A DNA stretch of 32,000 bases. Source: Telmatocola sphagniphila. GTDB lineage: Bacteria; Planctomycetota; Planctomycetia; Gemmatales; Gemmataceae. A program made the translations under genes and the position numbers. Location of the stretch: contig NZ_CP074694.1 of the NCBI RefSeq assembly GCF_018398935.1, forward strand, positions 960,001 through 992,000, given 5' to 3'. This document shows positions 8,839 to 18,656 of the stretch, in pieces; the stretch's first letter is position 1, and the number at the start of each line of letters is the position of its first letter. The notes below the pieces were generated by a model. It did not search any database and was not told the DNA's origin. It worked only from the letters and a program-made list of their open reading frames with translations.

Positions 8839-10232
8839 CCTTCGCTCTTGCCCAGCACCACCTCCACGGCCTTCGAAAACGACTCCGGCAGGCCGTACAG
8901 AGCAAAGATTGTGATCAAGGCGAAGGAGAGCCAGCCCAGAATGCGAAGTGCCGGTCCATTCACAAAATTCCCCATCCGTTGCCGGGAGCATGTGAAATGG
9001 AGCAGAGGGAACATTGCAAAAGGCAATTGCATCGCGAGTACTACCTGACTGAGAATCAGAAGATCGGTGATTCCGTTGTTACCTCGCATTCCGATGATAA
9101 TAATTGCAGGAATAATTGCCAAAAGTCGAGTGATTAGTCGTCGAATCCACGGTTTCAGTTTCCAGTGAATGAATCCTTCCATCACGACTTGGCCGGCCAT
9201 GGTTCCGGTTATAGTGCTGCTCTGTCCGCTGGCGAGAAGTGCGATGGCAAAGAGAAAACTGGCAGTCGCCGTGCCCACCAATGGGGCAAGTGTCAGGTGG
9301 GCAATCTGAATCCAATCGCTATCCGCATTGAATTCCACCACCGCACCAGTCTTCAGGGTGATCGAGTCCCGGCCGTGAAAAACGATTGCCGCCAGGATCA
9401 AAATCGCGGCATTCACAGTGAAAGCGAGAGTCAGCGCCAGAATTGTGTCGATTTTGTTGTAATGAATGGCCCGACCAATCGAGACTTCGTCCCGATCAAT
9501 TTTGCGGGACTGTACCAGGGCGGAATGCAAATAGAGATTGTGCGGCATCACGGTCGCGCCGATAATCCCAATAGCCCCGACCACCATTCCTTCCTGTCGG
9601 AAACCCGGATTGATTAGGGCCTTACCCATTTCCAGAAAGTCGGGCTTGGTTTGAGGGAGAACGAAAATCTCGATCCCGTAGCAGACCGCAATTGTGGCAA
9701 CCAGGACGAGTATCACGGCCTCGATCAGGCGCATCCCCAACCCTTGCAGCATTAACAGCAGCAGCACATCGAAGGAAGTTATCACTACCGCCCAGAGCAT
9801 TGGAATCTGAAAGAGGAGATTCAGAGCAACCGCGCTGCCGAGTACTTCCGCCAGATCGCAGGCGGCTATAGCTAATTCGCAGGCAATCCAGTTGGGCCAG
9901 CGCGTCCAGGACGGGTAGAAATCCCGACATGCCTGCGCAAGATCCTTCCCGGTCACGACGCCAAGTTTGGCCGAGCAAATTTGCATGATGATGGCCATGA
10001 AACTGGCCAGGGCGACAATCCAAAGCAGATCGTATTTGTAGGCGGCGCCGGCCGAGAGATCGGTACCCCAGTTGCCGGGGTCCATGTAGCCGACGCTGAT
10101 CAGGTAGGCCGGGCCGGAGAAGGCAAAAAAACGACGGAACCGATTATTCGGTATCGAGACACTGGAATGGACTTCCTCGAGAGAGCGGGGATTACCGCTC
10201 GGTTTCACCTGCACTGTCGACATCAGTTCCAA
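8835..10232 (-). CDS. mntH: Nramp-family divalent metal (Mn2+/Fe2+) transporter
   Basis: GPAYLISVGYMDPGNWGTDLSAGAAYKYDLLW and MPHNLYLHSALVQSR are Nramp/MntH signatures. The protein is polytopic and hydrophobic throughout. Confidence 0.9.
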   Translation of the reverse strand: MELMSTVQVKPSGNPRSLEEVHSSVSIPNNRFRRFFAFSGPAYLISVGYMDPGNWGTDLSAGAAYKYDLLWIVALASFMAIIMQICSAKLGVVTGKDLAQACRDFYPSWTRWPNWIACELAIAACDLAEVLGSAVALNLLFQIPMLWAVVITSFDVLLLLMLQGLGMRLIEAVILVLVATIAVCYGIEIFVLPQTKPDFLEMGKALINPGFRQEGMVVGAIGIIGATVMPHNLYLHSALVQSRKIDRDEVSIGRAIHYNKIDTILALTLAFTVNAAILILAAIVFHGRDSITLKTGAVVEFNADSDWIQIAHLTLAPLVGTATASFLFAIALLASGQSSTITGTMAGQVVMEGFIHWKLKPWIRRLITRLLAIIPAIIIIGMRGNNGITDLLILSQVVLAMQLPFAMFPLLHFTCSRQRMGNFVNGPALRILGWLSFALITIFALYGLPESFSKAVEVVLGKSEG

Positions 10233-10528
10233 TTTCCCTCATAGGCTCAATTTCGACAAACGACGCGGCCGTTCACCGGCTATCCCGATGGTCTGACGGG
10301 CCCTTACCGCATCGCCTGTGCTAATTTTTAAGCTTAGTTCAAGCTAATAAATAATTTTAGTCGATCCAAATGATTTGTCAATCCAACGGTGCGACTTTCA
10401 GGCTAGGCTGAGAGATATTAGCAATAAAGTTATGTGAAATAAGGACTTAATGCTTTAGTTGGTTTGGCGAATCCTTCCCAACTAACCAATTGACAGAACC
10501 GGTTTGCTGCGTTATTGATCGCAACATT

Positions 10529-11590
10529 ATGAAAACAATCATTACCTCACTCTGTTTTCTTTCCTTCGTTGCGATCGGTTATGGGCAGAACGCCAAGCCC
10601 AAAAGCCAGATCATGATTTTGGAGAATGAGGGTATCTTTGAAGGTGAAATCACCCAAGAAGGGGATTGGTATCACATCAAACGTTTACTAGGTGAGACCG
10701 TCGTCCCCACCGATAGAGTTTTAAAAATTGTCGATAACATTACAGAAGCTTACAAGTACCTGGTCCGCCGGGCGAATCTCAGCGATCCCGATGAACAAAT
10801 CCGGCTCACAAAATGGTGCATGACTTACGATCTGCGCCAGGAAGCCGTGGGACACGCCGAGGCGACTTTGAAACTTGTGCCGGAAAATACCTATGCGAAG
10901 TACATCATCCGCTCCGTGAAGGAGATGCCTCCCGTTCCCGCTGCTCAAGATGTGAAAAAGGTCGTGCCGGTAGTTGTAGAAACGAACTTGCCCCCCGATT
11001 TCAATCAGGAGTCGCTCGGCGTATTCGTCACCCGGGTTCAACCGATCATGATGAATACCTGTGCCAGTTGTCATGTCGGGCACGAGAATACGAAGTTTGT
11101 ACTGCAGCGCGTTTATGCGGGTACGGACAGACGAACTTCCCTGATCAATCTCCAGGCCGTGCTGAAATACCTTGATCGGAACGATGTCGCGAAGAGTCCA
11201 TTTCTCACCAACTCGATCGCAGCTCATGGAAATCTGAAGAATTCACCACTTCGAGGCAAGGAATCCGCTCCCTACAGGCATCTGGAAGAATGGGCGCGGA
11301 ATGCTTTTTTGAAAACGGAAGTCGCCGCGGCGGATGTTTCCCAGATCCCTCAATCCACGGCGGCCGAAGAAGCTCAACCTCTGGAAAGTCCCAAACCGGT
11401 ATCCCGACCGCTACTGCCCAGAAAAACCAACTCGGCAAGAACGGAATCCGCATCCCCGGCTACTTCCACGCCAGCAACGACAGCCGTGTCGAAAACGGCT
11501 GAAGTGAAGGAAACACCCAAGGCAACTTCCACGAAGCCGACCGAACCTATCGATCCGTTCGACCCGGAAGAATTCAACAAGAAGAAGTAG
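10529..11590 (+). CDS. secreted hypothetical protein with a single CxxCH motif and a Pro/Thr/Ser/Ala-rich C-terminal tail
   Basis: ATG 10529 gives the signal peptide MKTIITSLCFLSFVAIGYGQ; the track start 10490 is TTG. The motif NTCASCHVGH resembles planctomycete cytochrome-c-like (PSCyt-type) domains. The last ~90 aa are low complexity (SPATSTPATTAVSKTAEVKETPKATSTKPTEP). Confidence 0.65.
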   Translation: MKTIITSLCFLSFVAIGYGQNAKPKSQIMILENEGIFEGEITQEGDWYHIKRLLGETVVPTDRVLKIVDNITEAYKYLVRRANLSDPDEQIRLTKWCMTYDLRQEAVGHAEATLKLVPENTYAKYIIRSVKEMPPVPAAQDVKKVVPVVVETNLPPDFNQESLGVFVTRVQPIMMNTCASCHVGHENTKFVLQRVYAGTDRRTSLINLQAVLKYLDRNDVAKSPFLTNSIAAHGNLKNSPLRGKESAPYRHLEEWARNAFLKTEVAAADVSQIPQSTAAEEAQPLESPKPVSRPLLPRKTNSARTESASPATSTPATTAVSKTAEVKETPKATSTKPTEPIDPFDPEEFNKKK

Positions 11591-11592
11591 AT

Positions 11593-12501
11593 CTATCGCT
11601 TCACATTCGAGAGGTGCTCCAGTGCCAACATGAGAGCTTGCGTCCCTTTTCTCGCGTAGCCCTGGGCACGAACCGCCTCGTAGAGTTGTTTCGCCAGAGC
11701 CAGTCCGGGCAAAGCGATATTCATCTTTTCCGCCTCTGCCAGTGCGATTCCCATGTCCTTGATGAAATGTTCCACGTAAAAGCCAGGTTCAAAATTGCGA
11801 GCCATGATACGGGGGCCAAGAACTTCCAGGGCTTTACTCCCGGCAGCTCCCACAGAGACCGATTTGAAAACCGTCTCCAGGTCCAGACCCGATTTGTAGC
11901 CGTAGAGTAACCCCTCGCAAAGCGCAATCATATTCGCTGCAATCAGAATTTGATTGACCATCTTGGTATGCTGACCGGCGCCGGCTGGCCCTTGATGGAT
12001 AATAGTCTTACCCATCGTTTCAAATATGGGGGTGACCGCTTCCACGGCCTCTTTTTCGCCGCCGATCATGATCGAAAGCGCGGCGTTTTTGGCACCGACA
12101 TCACCACCGCTGACTGGCGCATCCAACGCGAACACTCCCTGGCTTTTCGCCGCTTGGGCAATCTCCACGGCTAAGCTCGGTTCGCTCGTGGTCATGTCGA
12201 CCAGGATGGTGCCGGGCTTGCTGCCGGCGAGTGCCCCTTGTGAGCCGAGAAATACTTCCCTCACGTCTTTGGGAAACCCGACAATGGCGAAGATTACATC
12301 CGAGTTTTCCGCAACTTCTTTGGGAGTTTTGGCCTGTTTCGCCCCCAGTTCCAGTAGTGGCTGGAGTTTATCGGCACTTCGGTTGTAAACGGTGGCCTTG
12401 TAGCCCTTGGTTAGAGCATGCTGGCACATCCAGCGGCCCATGACGCCCGTTCCGATCCAGCCGATTCGAGTTTTTCCTGCTTCTGCCTTTGCGATGGTCA
12501 T
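11593..12501 (-). CDS. NAD(P)-dependent oxidoreductase, 3-hydroxyisobutyrate dehydrogenase (HIBADH/GarR) family
   Basis: Rossmann motif [10 protein letters not shown], with DAPVSGG and GxGQxxKxxNQ motifs typical of the beta-hydroxyacid dehydrogenase family. Confidence 0.85.
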   Translation of the reverse strand: MTIAKAEAGKTRIGWIGTGVMGRWMCQHALTKGYKATVYNRSADKLQPLLELGAKQAKTPKEVAENSDVIFAIVGFPKDVREVFLGSQGALAGSKPGTILVDMTTSEPSLAVEIAQAAKSQGVFALDAPVSGGDVGAKNAALSIMIGGEKEAVEAVTPIFETMGKTIIHQGPAGAGQHTKMVNQILIAANMIALCEGLLYGYKSGLDLETVFKSVSVGAAGSKALEVLGPRIMARNFEPGFYVEHFIKDMGIALAEAEKMNIALPGLALAKQLYEAVRAQGYARKGTQALMLALEHLSNVKR

Positions 12502-12645
12502 CTTGAATTCCTTGCCTGGAACCTGAGTCGGTTCGAATTTCGATAAATCTCACTTTTTTACGAATTACGACTTCCGTACCGGTGTTACTAACTTGTTGCG
12601 CTATCGTCGTGTCAAGGGATTAAGATATGAAAGCGGAGATAGCAA

Positions 12646-13377
12646 ATGCCTAAAGCACGCATCGTTGTCGTGGAGGACGAACCTGCCATTCGCCGGGGGG
12701 TAGTCGATGCCCTGCGCATTTCGGGGTATGAAGTCCATGAATCGGCCGATGGTCAGGAGGGCCTGAAAAAGTGCTGCCAGCCCGATATCGATTTAATCCT
12801 TCTGGATTTGCTGCTTCCCAAAAGAGACGGTCTTGAAGTGCTGACGGAGCTTCGCAAAGTTCATCCGCAGCGTCCAGTTCTGATCCTCACGGCCCGGGGA
12901 ACCGAGGATGACCGCGTGCGCGGGCTGCAAATGGGGGCCGATGATTATGTCGTGAAGCCTTTCTCCGCTCGAGAGCTTCTGGCCCGGGTGGAAGCGATTC
13001 TGCGACGTTCCGCCCCGGCGCCTAAAAGCGATCCCCACCAGCTCAAGTGGGGCCGGGCGACCATCGATCTTGCCCGGCGGGAACTTTTCTGGTCCAAGAA
13101 CGATCGCGTTGAAATCTCCGAAATGGAATCGCTTCTGTTACGCTATCTCGTGAATCATCGGGAACGGGCGGTTTCCCGAGAAGAGCTTCTCTCCAGAGTC
13201 TGGGGCATCGAATCGGCCGGGCTGGAAACCCGGACCGTCGATATGCATGTGGCTCGGTTGCGCGCCAAGTTGCGCGATCCGCATATCAAGACGGATGAGG
13301 AAGCGATTCTGACGGTGCGTTCCCAGGGATATATGATTCACGAAAACCTGCTGCCGAGTCTGGAATCCGCACTATGA
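12646..13377 (+). CDS. response regulator transcription factor, OmpR/PhoB family
   Basis: Receiver domain (RIVVVEDEP, DLILLDLLLPKRDG, DDYVVKPF) plus a winged-helix output domain (REELLSRVWG...RTVDMHVARLRAKL...LTVRSQGY). Confidence 0.9.
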   Translation: MPKARIVVVEDEPAIRRGVVDALRISGYEVHESADGQEGLKKCCQPDIDLILLDLLLPKRDGLEVLTELRKVHPQRPVLILTARGTEDDRVRGLQMGADDYVVKPFSARELLARVEAILRRSAPAPKSDPHQLKWGRATIDLARRELFWSKNDRVEISEMESLLLRYLVNHRERAVSREELLSRVWGIESAGLETRTVDMHVARLRAKLRDPHIKTDEEAILTVRSQGYMIHENLLPSLESAL

Positions 13378-15362
13378 AACTGGTCCGATCCTATACTCTG
13401 AGAGCCAGTTTTATCTTTGCATTGATCTCCCTACTGCTTCTGGGAGGTTTGGGTTGGGCCACGAATGAGGCTATGAGCCTCGAGATGGAACGGGCCATCG
13501 CCTCGGCCAATTCGGAAGAGCAAAATAAGTATCGACAGCTGATGGATGCCTGGAATGCACAGTTGCGTCTCGCTCTGTGGCGGCTGGATGCCCGACTGGG
13601 GCAAACGCTTTCGCGCGAAGAGAGCCGTCCTTACGCTCATTATTCGGCACTTCAGTCGCCCTTTCCGGCAATTCAAAGAGATGGCAGCATCAGCTCACCC
13701 GGGACAATCTTTTTCCCGTCCCCGCTGTTGAGTGCGGAAATTCCCGATTGGATCCAACTCCATTTTCAGATCGATTCGGCAGGCGGCTGGAGTTCGCCGG
13801 AGGTCATTCAACCGCAACTCCAGAATTTTCTTTCGAAATTGCCTGTCGGTTTTCCGCTGCCGAACGTCACTCCCGAGCGCAAAGAACTACTGTGCCTGCT
13901 GCAAACTCGTTACCCCGCGGCAAGCATTCTACCGCAGCTGGAAGCCAAAGGCGTGACGCTGAATTTCGATAATAACAACGCTGTCGGCAACGGCTATTAT
14001 TTCAACTCCAGTAAATTGCAAGGCTTGAATAATGGGAGTCTTAATCAAGCCCCGGTGAATGCCCCCAACTCGCAATTGCCAAATCTTGCGAGTCAGCCAG
14101 CTGGCAAAAATCCCATATCGAACGGTCTCGGTCAGGATCCGGCCCTCGATTTTCAGGAGCGGATGAATGCCACCCGTACCGGCAACGGGCGCAACATTGC
14201 CAACAACGAAGACAACCGCAATTTCCTGACAGTACCCAGCACACTTTCGGTGAACCGCAAACCGGTGGACGTGGTGCTGGGTGAAATGCGACCGATCTGG
14301 CTGCCCTCCCCGGATAAGCCCGAACAACTTCTGATGGTGCGGGCTGGTTTGGCGGGCAGCACTCCTGTGTATCAGGGCTTCGTGATCAACTGGCCGAAAA
14401 TCCAGAATCTGATGCGGGAAGAGATTGGCGATCTCTTTGAAAAAATCGATTTTCGAGCGCTCCCCGAAAAGGAACCACTTCATCCGGAAAAATCGATGTC
14501 CACGCTGCCGGTGGAGCTGAACGTTCTGGACCCGGCTCCGGAAGTTCCCGAGGAGATTACTCAACTGCATTTGCCGCTTTGGACCCCATTGCGAGCCGGC
14601 TTGGCCATCGTCTGGTTATCGACTCTGGTCGCGCTTCTGGCAGTGGGAATCGGCGGCTGGTCTCTGATGTCGCTTTCGGAACGCCGCATTCGTTTCGTCT
14701 CGGCCGTCACCCACGAATTGAGAACGCCCTTAACCACGATGCGGCTCTATCTGGACATGTTGCATCAGGGGATGATTACCGATCCCCAGCAGCAGAAAGA
14801 ATATCTCGGGACTTTGAATACGGAAGCCGATCGGCTGAATCGATTGATCGCCAACGTTCTGGAATTTTCGCGACTGGAACAACAAAACATTCCGGTCCGC
14901 CGACAAAATATCCTTATCGAAGCATTCCTCAACTCCGTGCATTCCCTTTGGGTGGACCGCTGCAAGGAGTCTCATAAGGAACTGGTACTGGAAAATCAAC
15001 TCGGTGAAGGCTTCGCCTTTCAGACCGATCCGCAATTGCTTGAAAGGGTTCTTTCCAATCTCATCGATAATGCTCGAAAGTATTCCAATACGGCTTCCGA
15101 CCCGCGCATCTGGCTTCGGGCCTACTCTCAAGCCGATCAGATAATCCTCGAAATCGAGGATCGGGGACCAGGCGTGGATCGCAAGGATCGACACTCCATT
15201 TTCCGACCCTTCCGGCGCGGCCACGCAGCCGATGTGCAAGCGGGTGGGGTAGGGCTGGGTCTGGCTCTTGCCGTCAGCTGGACGAAAATGCTCGGCGGAA
15301 AATTGAGCTACGAGCCCCGTTCTCCCGGTGCCTGTTTTATGGTGGTTCTGCCCACCGCCTGA
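13374..15362 (+). CDS. sensor histidine kinase with large extracytoplasmic N-terminal domain
   Basis: Its start overlaps the regulator stop (ATGA at 13374..13377). There are two hydrophobic segments (FIFALISLLLLGGLGWA and LAIVWLSTLVALLAVGIGGW). H-box SAVTHELRTPLTTM, N-box LIDNARKYS, G-boxes EDRGPGV and GGVGLGLA. Confidence 0.9.
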   Translation: MKLVRSYTLRASFIFALISLLLLGGLGWATNEAMSLEMERAIASANSEEQNKYRQLMDAWNAQLRLALWRLDARLGQTLSREESRPYAHYSALQSPFPAIQRDGSISSPGTIFFPSPLLSAEIPDWIQLHFQIDSAGGWSSPEVIQPQLQNFLSKLPVGFPLPNVTPERKELLCLLQTRYPAASILPQLEAKGVTLNFDNNNAVGNGYYFNSSKLQGLNNGSLNQAPVNAPNSQLPNLASQPAGKNPISNGLGQDPALDFQERMNATRTGNGRNIANNEDNRNFLTVPSTLSVNRKPVDVVLGEMRPIWLPSPDKPEQLLMVRAGLAGSTPVYQGFVINWPKIQNLMREEIGDLFEKIDFRALPEKEPLHPEKSMSTLPVELNVLDPAPEVPEEITQLHLPLWTPLRAGLAIVWLSTLVALLAVGIGGWSLMSLSERRIRFVSAVTHELRTPLTTMRLYLDMLHQGMITDPQQQKEYLGTLNTEADRLNRLIANVLEFSRLEQQNIPVRRQNILIEAFLNSVHSLWVDRCKESHKELVLENQLGEGFAFQTDPQLLERVLSNLIDNARKYSNTASDPRIWLRAYSQADQIILEIEDRGPGVDRKDRHSIFRPFRRGHAADVQAGGVGLGLALAVSWTKMLGGKLSYEPRSPGACFMVVLPTA

Positions 15363-15402
15363 CTAGAATGTCTTCGAGTTCTCTATTGAACAGGAAGACT
15401 TC

Positions 15403-16647
15403 ATGCGCGCGGAAATTATCTCCATTGGCAGCGAAATCACCAGCGGACAAAATCTCGATACCAATTCCCAGTGGCTCAGTCGCAAACTGGCGGAAATGGG
15501 AATCTCCACCGCCTATCACACCACTGTAGCAGATGACCTCGAAGCCAATATCGAAGTCTTCCGGAACGCTAGTCAAAGGGCCGATCTGGTGCTCTGCACC
15601 GGCGGTCTGGGGCCCACGCAGGACGATCTGACTCGAGAAGTGATGGCCCAAGTGGCCGGTGTGGAATTAATCGAAGATCTCGAATCCCTGGAGTACATCA
15701 AAAGCCTTTTCCTCAAGCGCGGCCGGGTGATGCCCGACCGGAACAAGTGTCAGGCCCTTTTTCCGAAGGGCTCTGAAGTTCTTTTCAATGAAATGGGAAC
15801 CGCACCCGGCATTTGGATGAAGATCAACCGAGCCTGGTTCGGCGCAATGCCCGGCGTTCCCTCGGAAATGTTCGTGATGTACGAAAAGCAGGTGAAGCCC
15901 CGTCTCGGGAAACTCGGAATTCAGGGAGGCGTTTTCGTGCAGCGGAAAATCAACACTTTCGGCGAAGGGGAATCGGCCGTTGAGGATAAACTGCTCGATA
16001 TCACCAAACGAGGCCATGTTCCTGAAGTCGGCATCACGGCCAGCGATGCCTACATTTCGCTTCGGATTTTCGCCCGAGGAAGCAATCTTCAGCAAGTGCA
16101 GGAAATCATTGAGCCGGTAGAGGCGAAAATTCGCGAACGGCTAGGCGATCTGGTCTTTGGCACCGAAGACCAGAAGTTGCAGGACGCCGTGGTGCATTTA
16201 CTCTTGGAAAAGCGGAAAACGATCTCTGTAGTTGAAAGCGTGACCGGCGGCTTGGTCTCTCACTACATCTGCCAGGTGCCCGGAGCCAGTCAAGTTTACG
16301 CCGGGGGGATTACGGCCTATCAGAACCGTATCAAGATTGACGAATTGGGCGTACCGGAATCGTTGATCCGGGAACAGGGTGTCGTCAGTCTGGAAGTCGC
16401 AATTGATCTGGCCCGACGCTGCCGACTGAAATTCGGGACCGATCTGGCCGTGAGTACTGTGGGTTACGCCGGGCCGGAAGCTGGCGATGATCCGGCTAAA
16501 CCAGTGGGCACGGTTTTTTCTGCCTTGAGCTTCGAAGGAGGCGAAACGACCAAGGCCCATCACTGGCTCGGCACTCGCGACGAGATTCAAACTCGCACGG
16601 CCAAGATCGCCTTGAACCTCGCTCGACTTTACCTGATGAAGCTCTAG
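15403..16647 (+). CDS. cinA: competence/damage-inducible protein CinA (MoCF-biosynthesis-like N-domain plus nicotinamide-nucleotide amidase C-domain)
   Basis: MRAEIISIGSEITSGQNLDTNSQWLSRKLAEMGI...TGGLGPTQDDLT in the N-domain. ESVTGGL...PGAS..Y.GG..Y in the PncC-like C-domain. Confidence 0.9.
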   Translation: MRAEIISIGSEITSGQNLDTNSQWLSRKLAEMGISTAYHTTVADDLEANIEVFRNASQRADLVLCTGGLGPTQDDLTREVMAQVAGVELIEDLESLEYIKSLFLKRGRVMPDRNKCQALFPKGSEVLFNEMGTAPGIWMKINRAWFGAMPGVPSEMFVMYEKQVKPRLGKLGIQGGVFVQRKINTFGEGESAVEDKLLDITKRGHVPEVGITASDAYISLRIFARGSNLQQVQEIIEPVEAKIRERLGDLVFGTEDQKLQDAVVHLLLEKRKTISVVESVTGGLVSHYICQVPGASQVYAGGITAYQNRIKIDELGVPESLIREQGVVSLEVAIDLARRCRLKFGTDLAVSTVGYAGPEAGDDPAKPVGTVFSALSFEGGETTKAHHWLGTRDEIQTRTAKIALNLARLYLMKL

Positions 16648-17333
16648 CTCTTCGAGAGGAAAGCTTTGCAATCCTCGAGGATCTGCTTGGTGGCCGTGGC
16701 TCCGATACGGGACACCCCCAATGCGCGAACGGCCATCACTCTCTCGAAATTGCGAACCCCGCCCGCGGCTTTGACCTGAACGTGCGACGGAGAGAACTTT
16801 CGCATCAGGGTCAAGTCGTGATCGGTGGCTCCGCTTTCGCCGTAGCCGGTGGAGGTCTTCACGAAATCGGCCTTCACTTCTCCGCAGATCTTGCAGAGCA
16901 TTTCTTTATGCTCATCTTTCAGAAAGCAATTCTCGAAAATCACCTTCACTATCGCCTTCTTTTTATGGGCGGCTTCAACCACGGCGCCGACATCCCGGGT
17001 TACATAATTCCAATCGCCAGACAGGACTTTGCCGATATTCACCACCATGTCCAGTTCCACCGCTCCGTCGCCGATAGCCTGGAGGGCTTCTTCCACTTTG
17101 ATTCTCGTCACGTTACCGCCCTGGGGAAATCCGATTACCGTGCTGGCCAGCACACCCGATCCCTTGAGAATCTCCACGGCCATGGGAACCGCGTAAGGCT
17201 TAATGCAAACCGAAGCCACCTTAAATTCGCGAGCCAACTGGCAGCCGGCTTCCAGTTCCTTGTCGGTCAGCACCGGTTGAAGCAGAGAGTGATCGAACAT
17301 CTTGGCAATCTGTTCGAGAGTGAAATCGGCCAT
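16644..17333 (-). CDS. deoC: deoxyribose-phosphate aldolase
   Basis: FDHSLLQP, ASVCIKP, VKVIFE, FVKTSTGY and VKAAGGVR are class I DERA motifs. The size (229 aa) is typical. Confidence 0.9.
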   Translation of the reverse strand: MADFTLEQIAKMFDHSLLQPVLTDKELEAGCQLAREFKVASVCIKPYAVPMAVEILKGSGVLASTVIGFPQGGNVTRIKVEEALQAIGDGAVELDMVVNIGKVLSGDWNYVTRDVGAVVEAAHKKKAIVKVIFENCFLKDEHKEMLCKICGEVKADFVKTSTGYGESGATDHDLTLMRKFSPSHVQVKAAGGVRNFERVMAVRALGVSRIGATATKQILEDCKAFLSKS

Positions 17334-17486
17334 CAGAAGCTCCTGAGAATGCGTTAATTAATGTTATTGTGGCGATTTACGCAAGATTGGAAAGCATATC
17401 GATTGCATGACTGCTATTGCATCCCTGAAATTTGGGGTTATATCGGAAATCAGCGTTTAATCCGGACTTGATTCAGGGGGAAGGTC

Positions 17487-18596
17487 ATGCGTAGCGCGTG
17501 GCTGAGCATCATTAGCAGTTTGGTATTCGTGTGCACAGGACGTGCCGCCGACCCGCTGCAATACGGAACAGTATCCTACGACATTGAGGTCAGGGCCGCT
17601 GCAGGCTGGAATACTCCCACCTGCGGCACGCTCGCCAAAGGCCAGCAAGTGGTAATTCACCACGTTCAGGATGAGTTTTATGCCATCCTGCCACCCGAAG
17701 GATCCGTGAGTTGGGTGAATCATAAATTCCTAGGCAAGCTCGATCCAAACTTGACACGGCAAGCCGTGGAAATCAAGAAGGAAATTGAATTCTACGCTGG
17801 CTCGACCAAGAACCCTTCCAATATCGTGGAAGGGAAATTACCCAAGGGCGAGATCGTGGAAATTGTGGGCGAGAAGGTCGCCTATGATGGTTCGACCTGG
17901 TATCCGATTCTTCCGAAACCCGGAGAATTTCGCTACCTGCCCAAAGCCAGCGTATCCCAGATCAAGAATGCGCCTGTGGATGGCAGCCGTTGGGACGGCA
18001 ACGCTTCCCTGGCCTCGCGCACCCGGGATGGGGGAGTTCCCGCGACGCTGACTTCCCGTACCACCTTTGGAAATAATGTTGCGGCGCCGGCCACGGGGGG
18101 CGGCGTAAATCATCCTTTGTGGAGTCAAGCCGAACAGGCCTATCAGAGCGGCGATCATAGCCGGGCCGATAAGCTTTTTACTCAGATATACCAGGAAATG
18201 AACAAAACCAATAATTGGACTTACGATGAAAAGCTAATGTGCTTCAATCGCATTGCCAAGTGCCAGGAAATGATCCGGAAGAATACAAATGGGGGCGATA
18301 GCAGCCGATTCGATAATTCCGGGCGATCCATCAGCAACAGCTCTTCGGTCAATTCGGATATTCAAAGTAGCGGTTCGGTTTACATTCGTCGGGCCGCGTT
18401 TGAGATCGACGGCAAGCAGGCCTACGCATTGGAAAACGAACGCCGTCAGGTCATGTACTATGCCACCGTGCAAAGCGGCGTGGCGATCGAAAACTATGTC
18501 GGTCGACAGGTCGAAGCGAAGGGAACCGTCCAGAATCGCGGCGATGTGCGCGGCGTGCCTTACATGAATATCAGTCAGATCAGTTCCAGCCGGTAA
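17487..18596 (+). CDS. secreted hypothetical protein with SH3b-like repeats
   Basis: Signal peptide MRSAWLSIISSLVFVCTGRA. Two segments have a bacterial-SH3-like pattern (VRAAAGWNTPTCGTLAKGQQVVI...FYAILPPEGSVSWV; GKLPKGEIVEIVGE...WYPILP...RYLPKASV). The SH3b assignment is an inference. Confidence 0.6.
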   Translation: MRSAWLSIISSLVFVCTGRAADPLQYGTVSYDIEVRAAAGWNTPTCGTLAKGQQVVIHHVQDEFYAILPPEGSVSWVNHKFLGKLDPNLTRQAVEIKKEIEFYAGSTKNPSNIVEGKLPKGEIVEIVGEKVAYDGSTWYPILPKPGEFRYLPKASVSQIKNAPVDGSRWDGNASLASRTRDGGVPATLTSRTTFGNNVAAPATGGGVNHPLWSQAEQAYQSGDHSRADKLFTQIYQEMNKTNNWTYDEKLMCFNRIAKCQEMIRKNTNGGDSSRFDNSGRSISNSSSVNSDIQSSGSVYIRRAAFEIDGKQAYALENERRQVMYYATVQSGVAIENYVGRQVEAKGTVQNRGDVRGVPYMNISQISSSR

Positions 18597-18605
18597 ATGA
18601 AAAAA

Positions 18606-18624
18606 GGGCCCAGTAACTGGGCCC
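18606..18624. terminator. bidirectional rho-independent terminator between convergent genes
   Basis: Perfect 8-bp GC-rich stem GGGCCCAG / CTGGGCCC with a 3-nt loop. It is flanked by A5-6 upstream and a T-rich run (CTTCGCTTTT) downstream. It sits between the stops at 18596 (+) and 18657 (-). Confidence 0.7.
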
Positions 18625-18656
18625 CTTCGCTTTTCTCAGATCCATTCAAACTCGGC

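Noticed and set aside
12527-12535. GGTTCGAAT, a tRNA T-loop-like string
   Set aside because: No flanking T-stem complementarity, acceptor stem or anticodon arm can be drawn. It lies in the promoter/5' region next to the dehydrogenase start.
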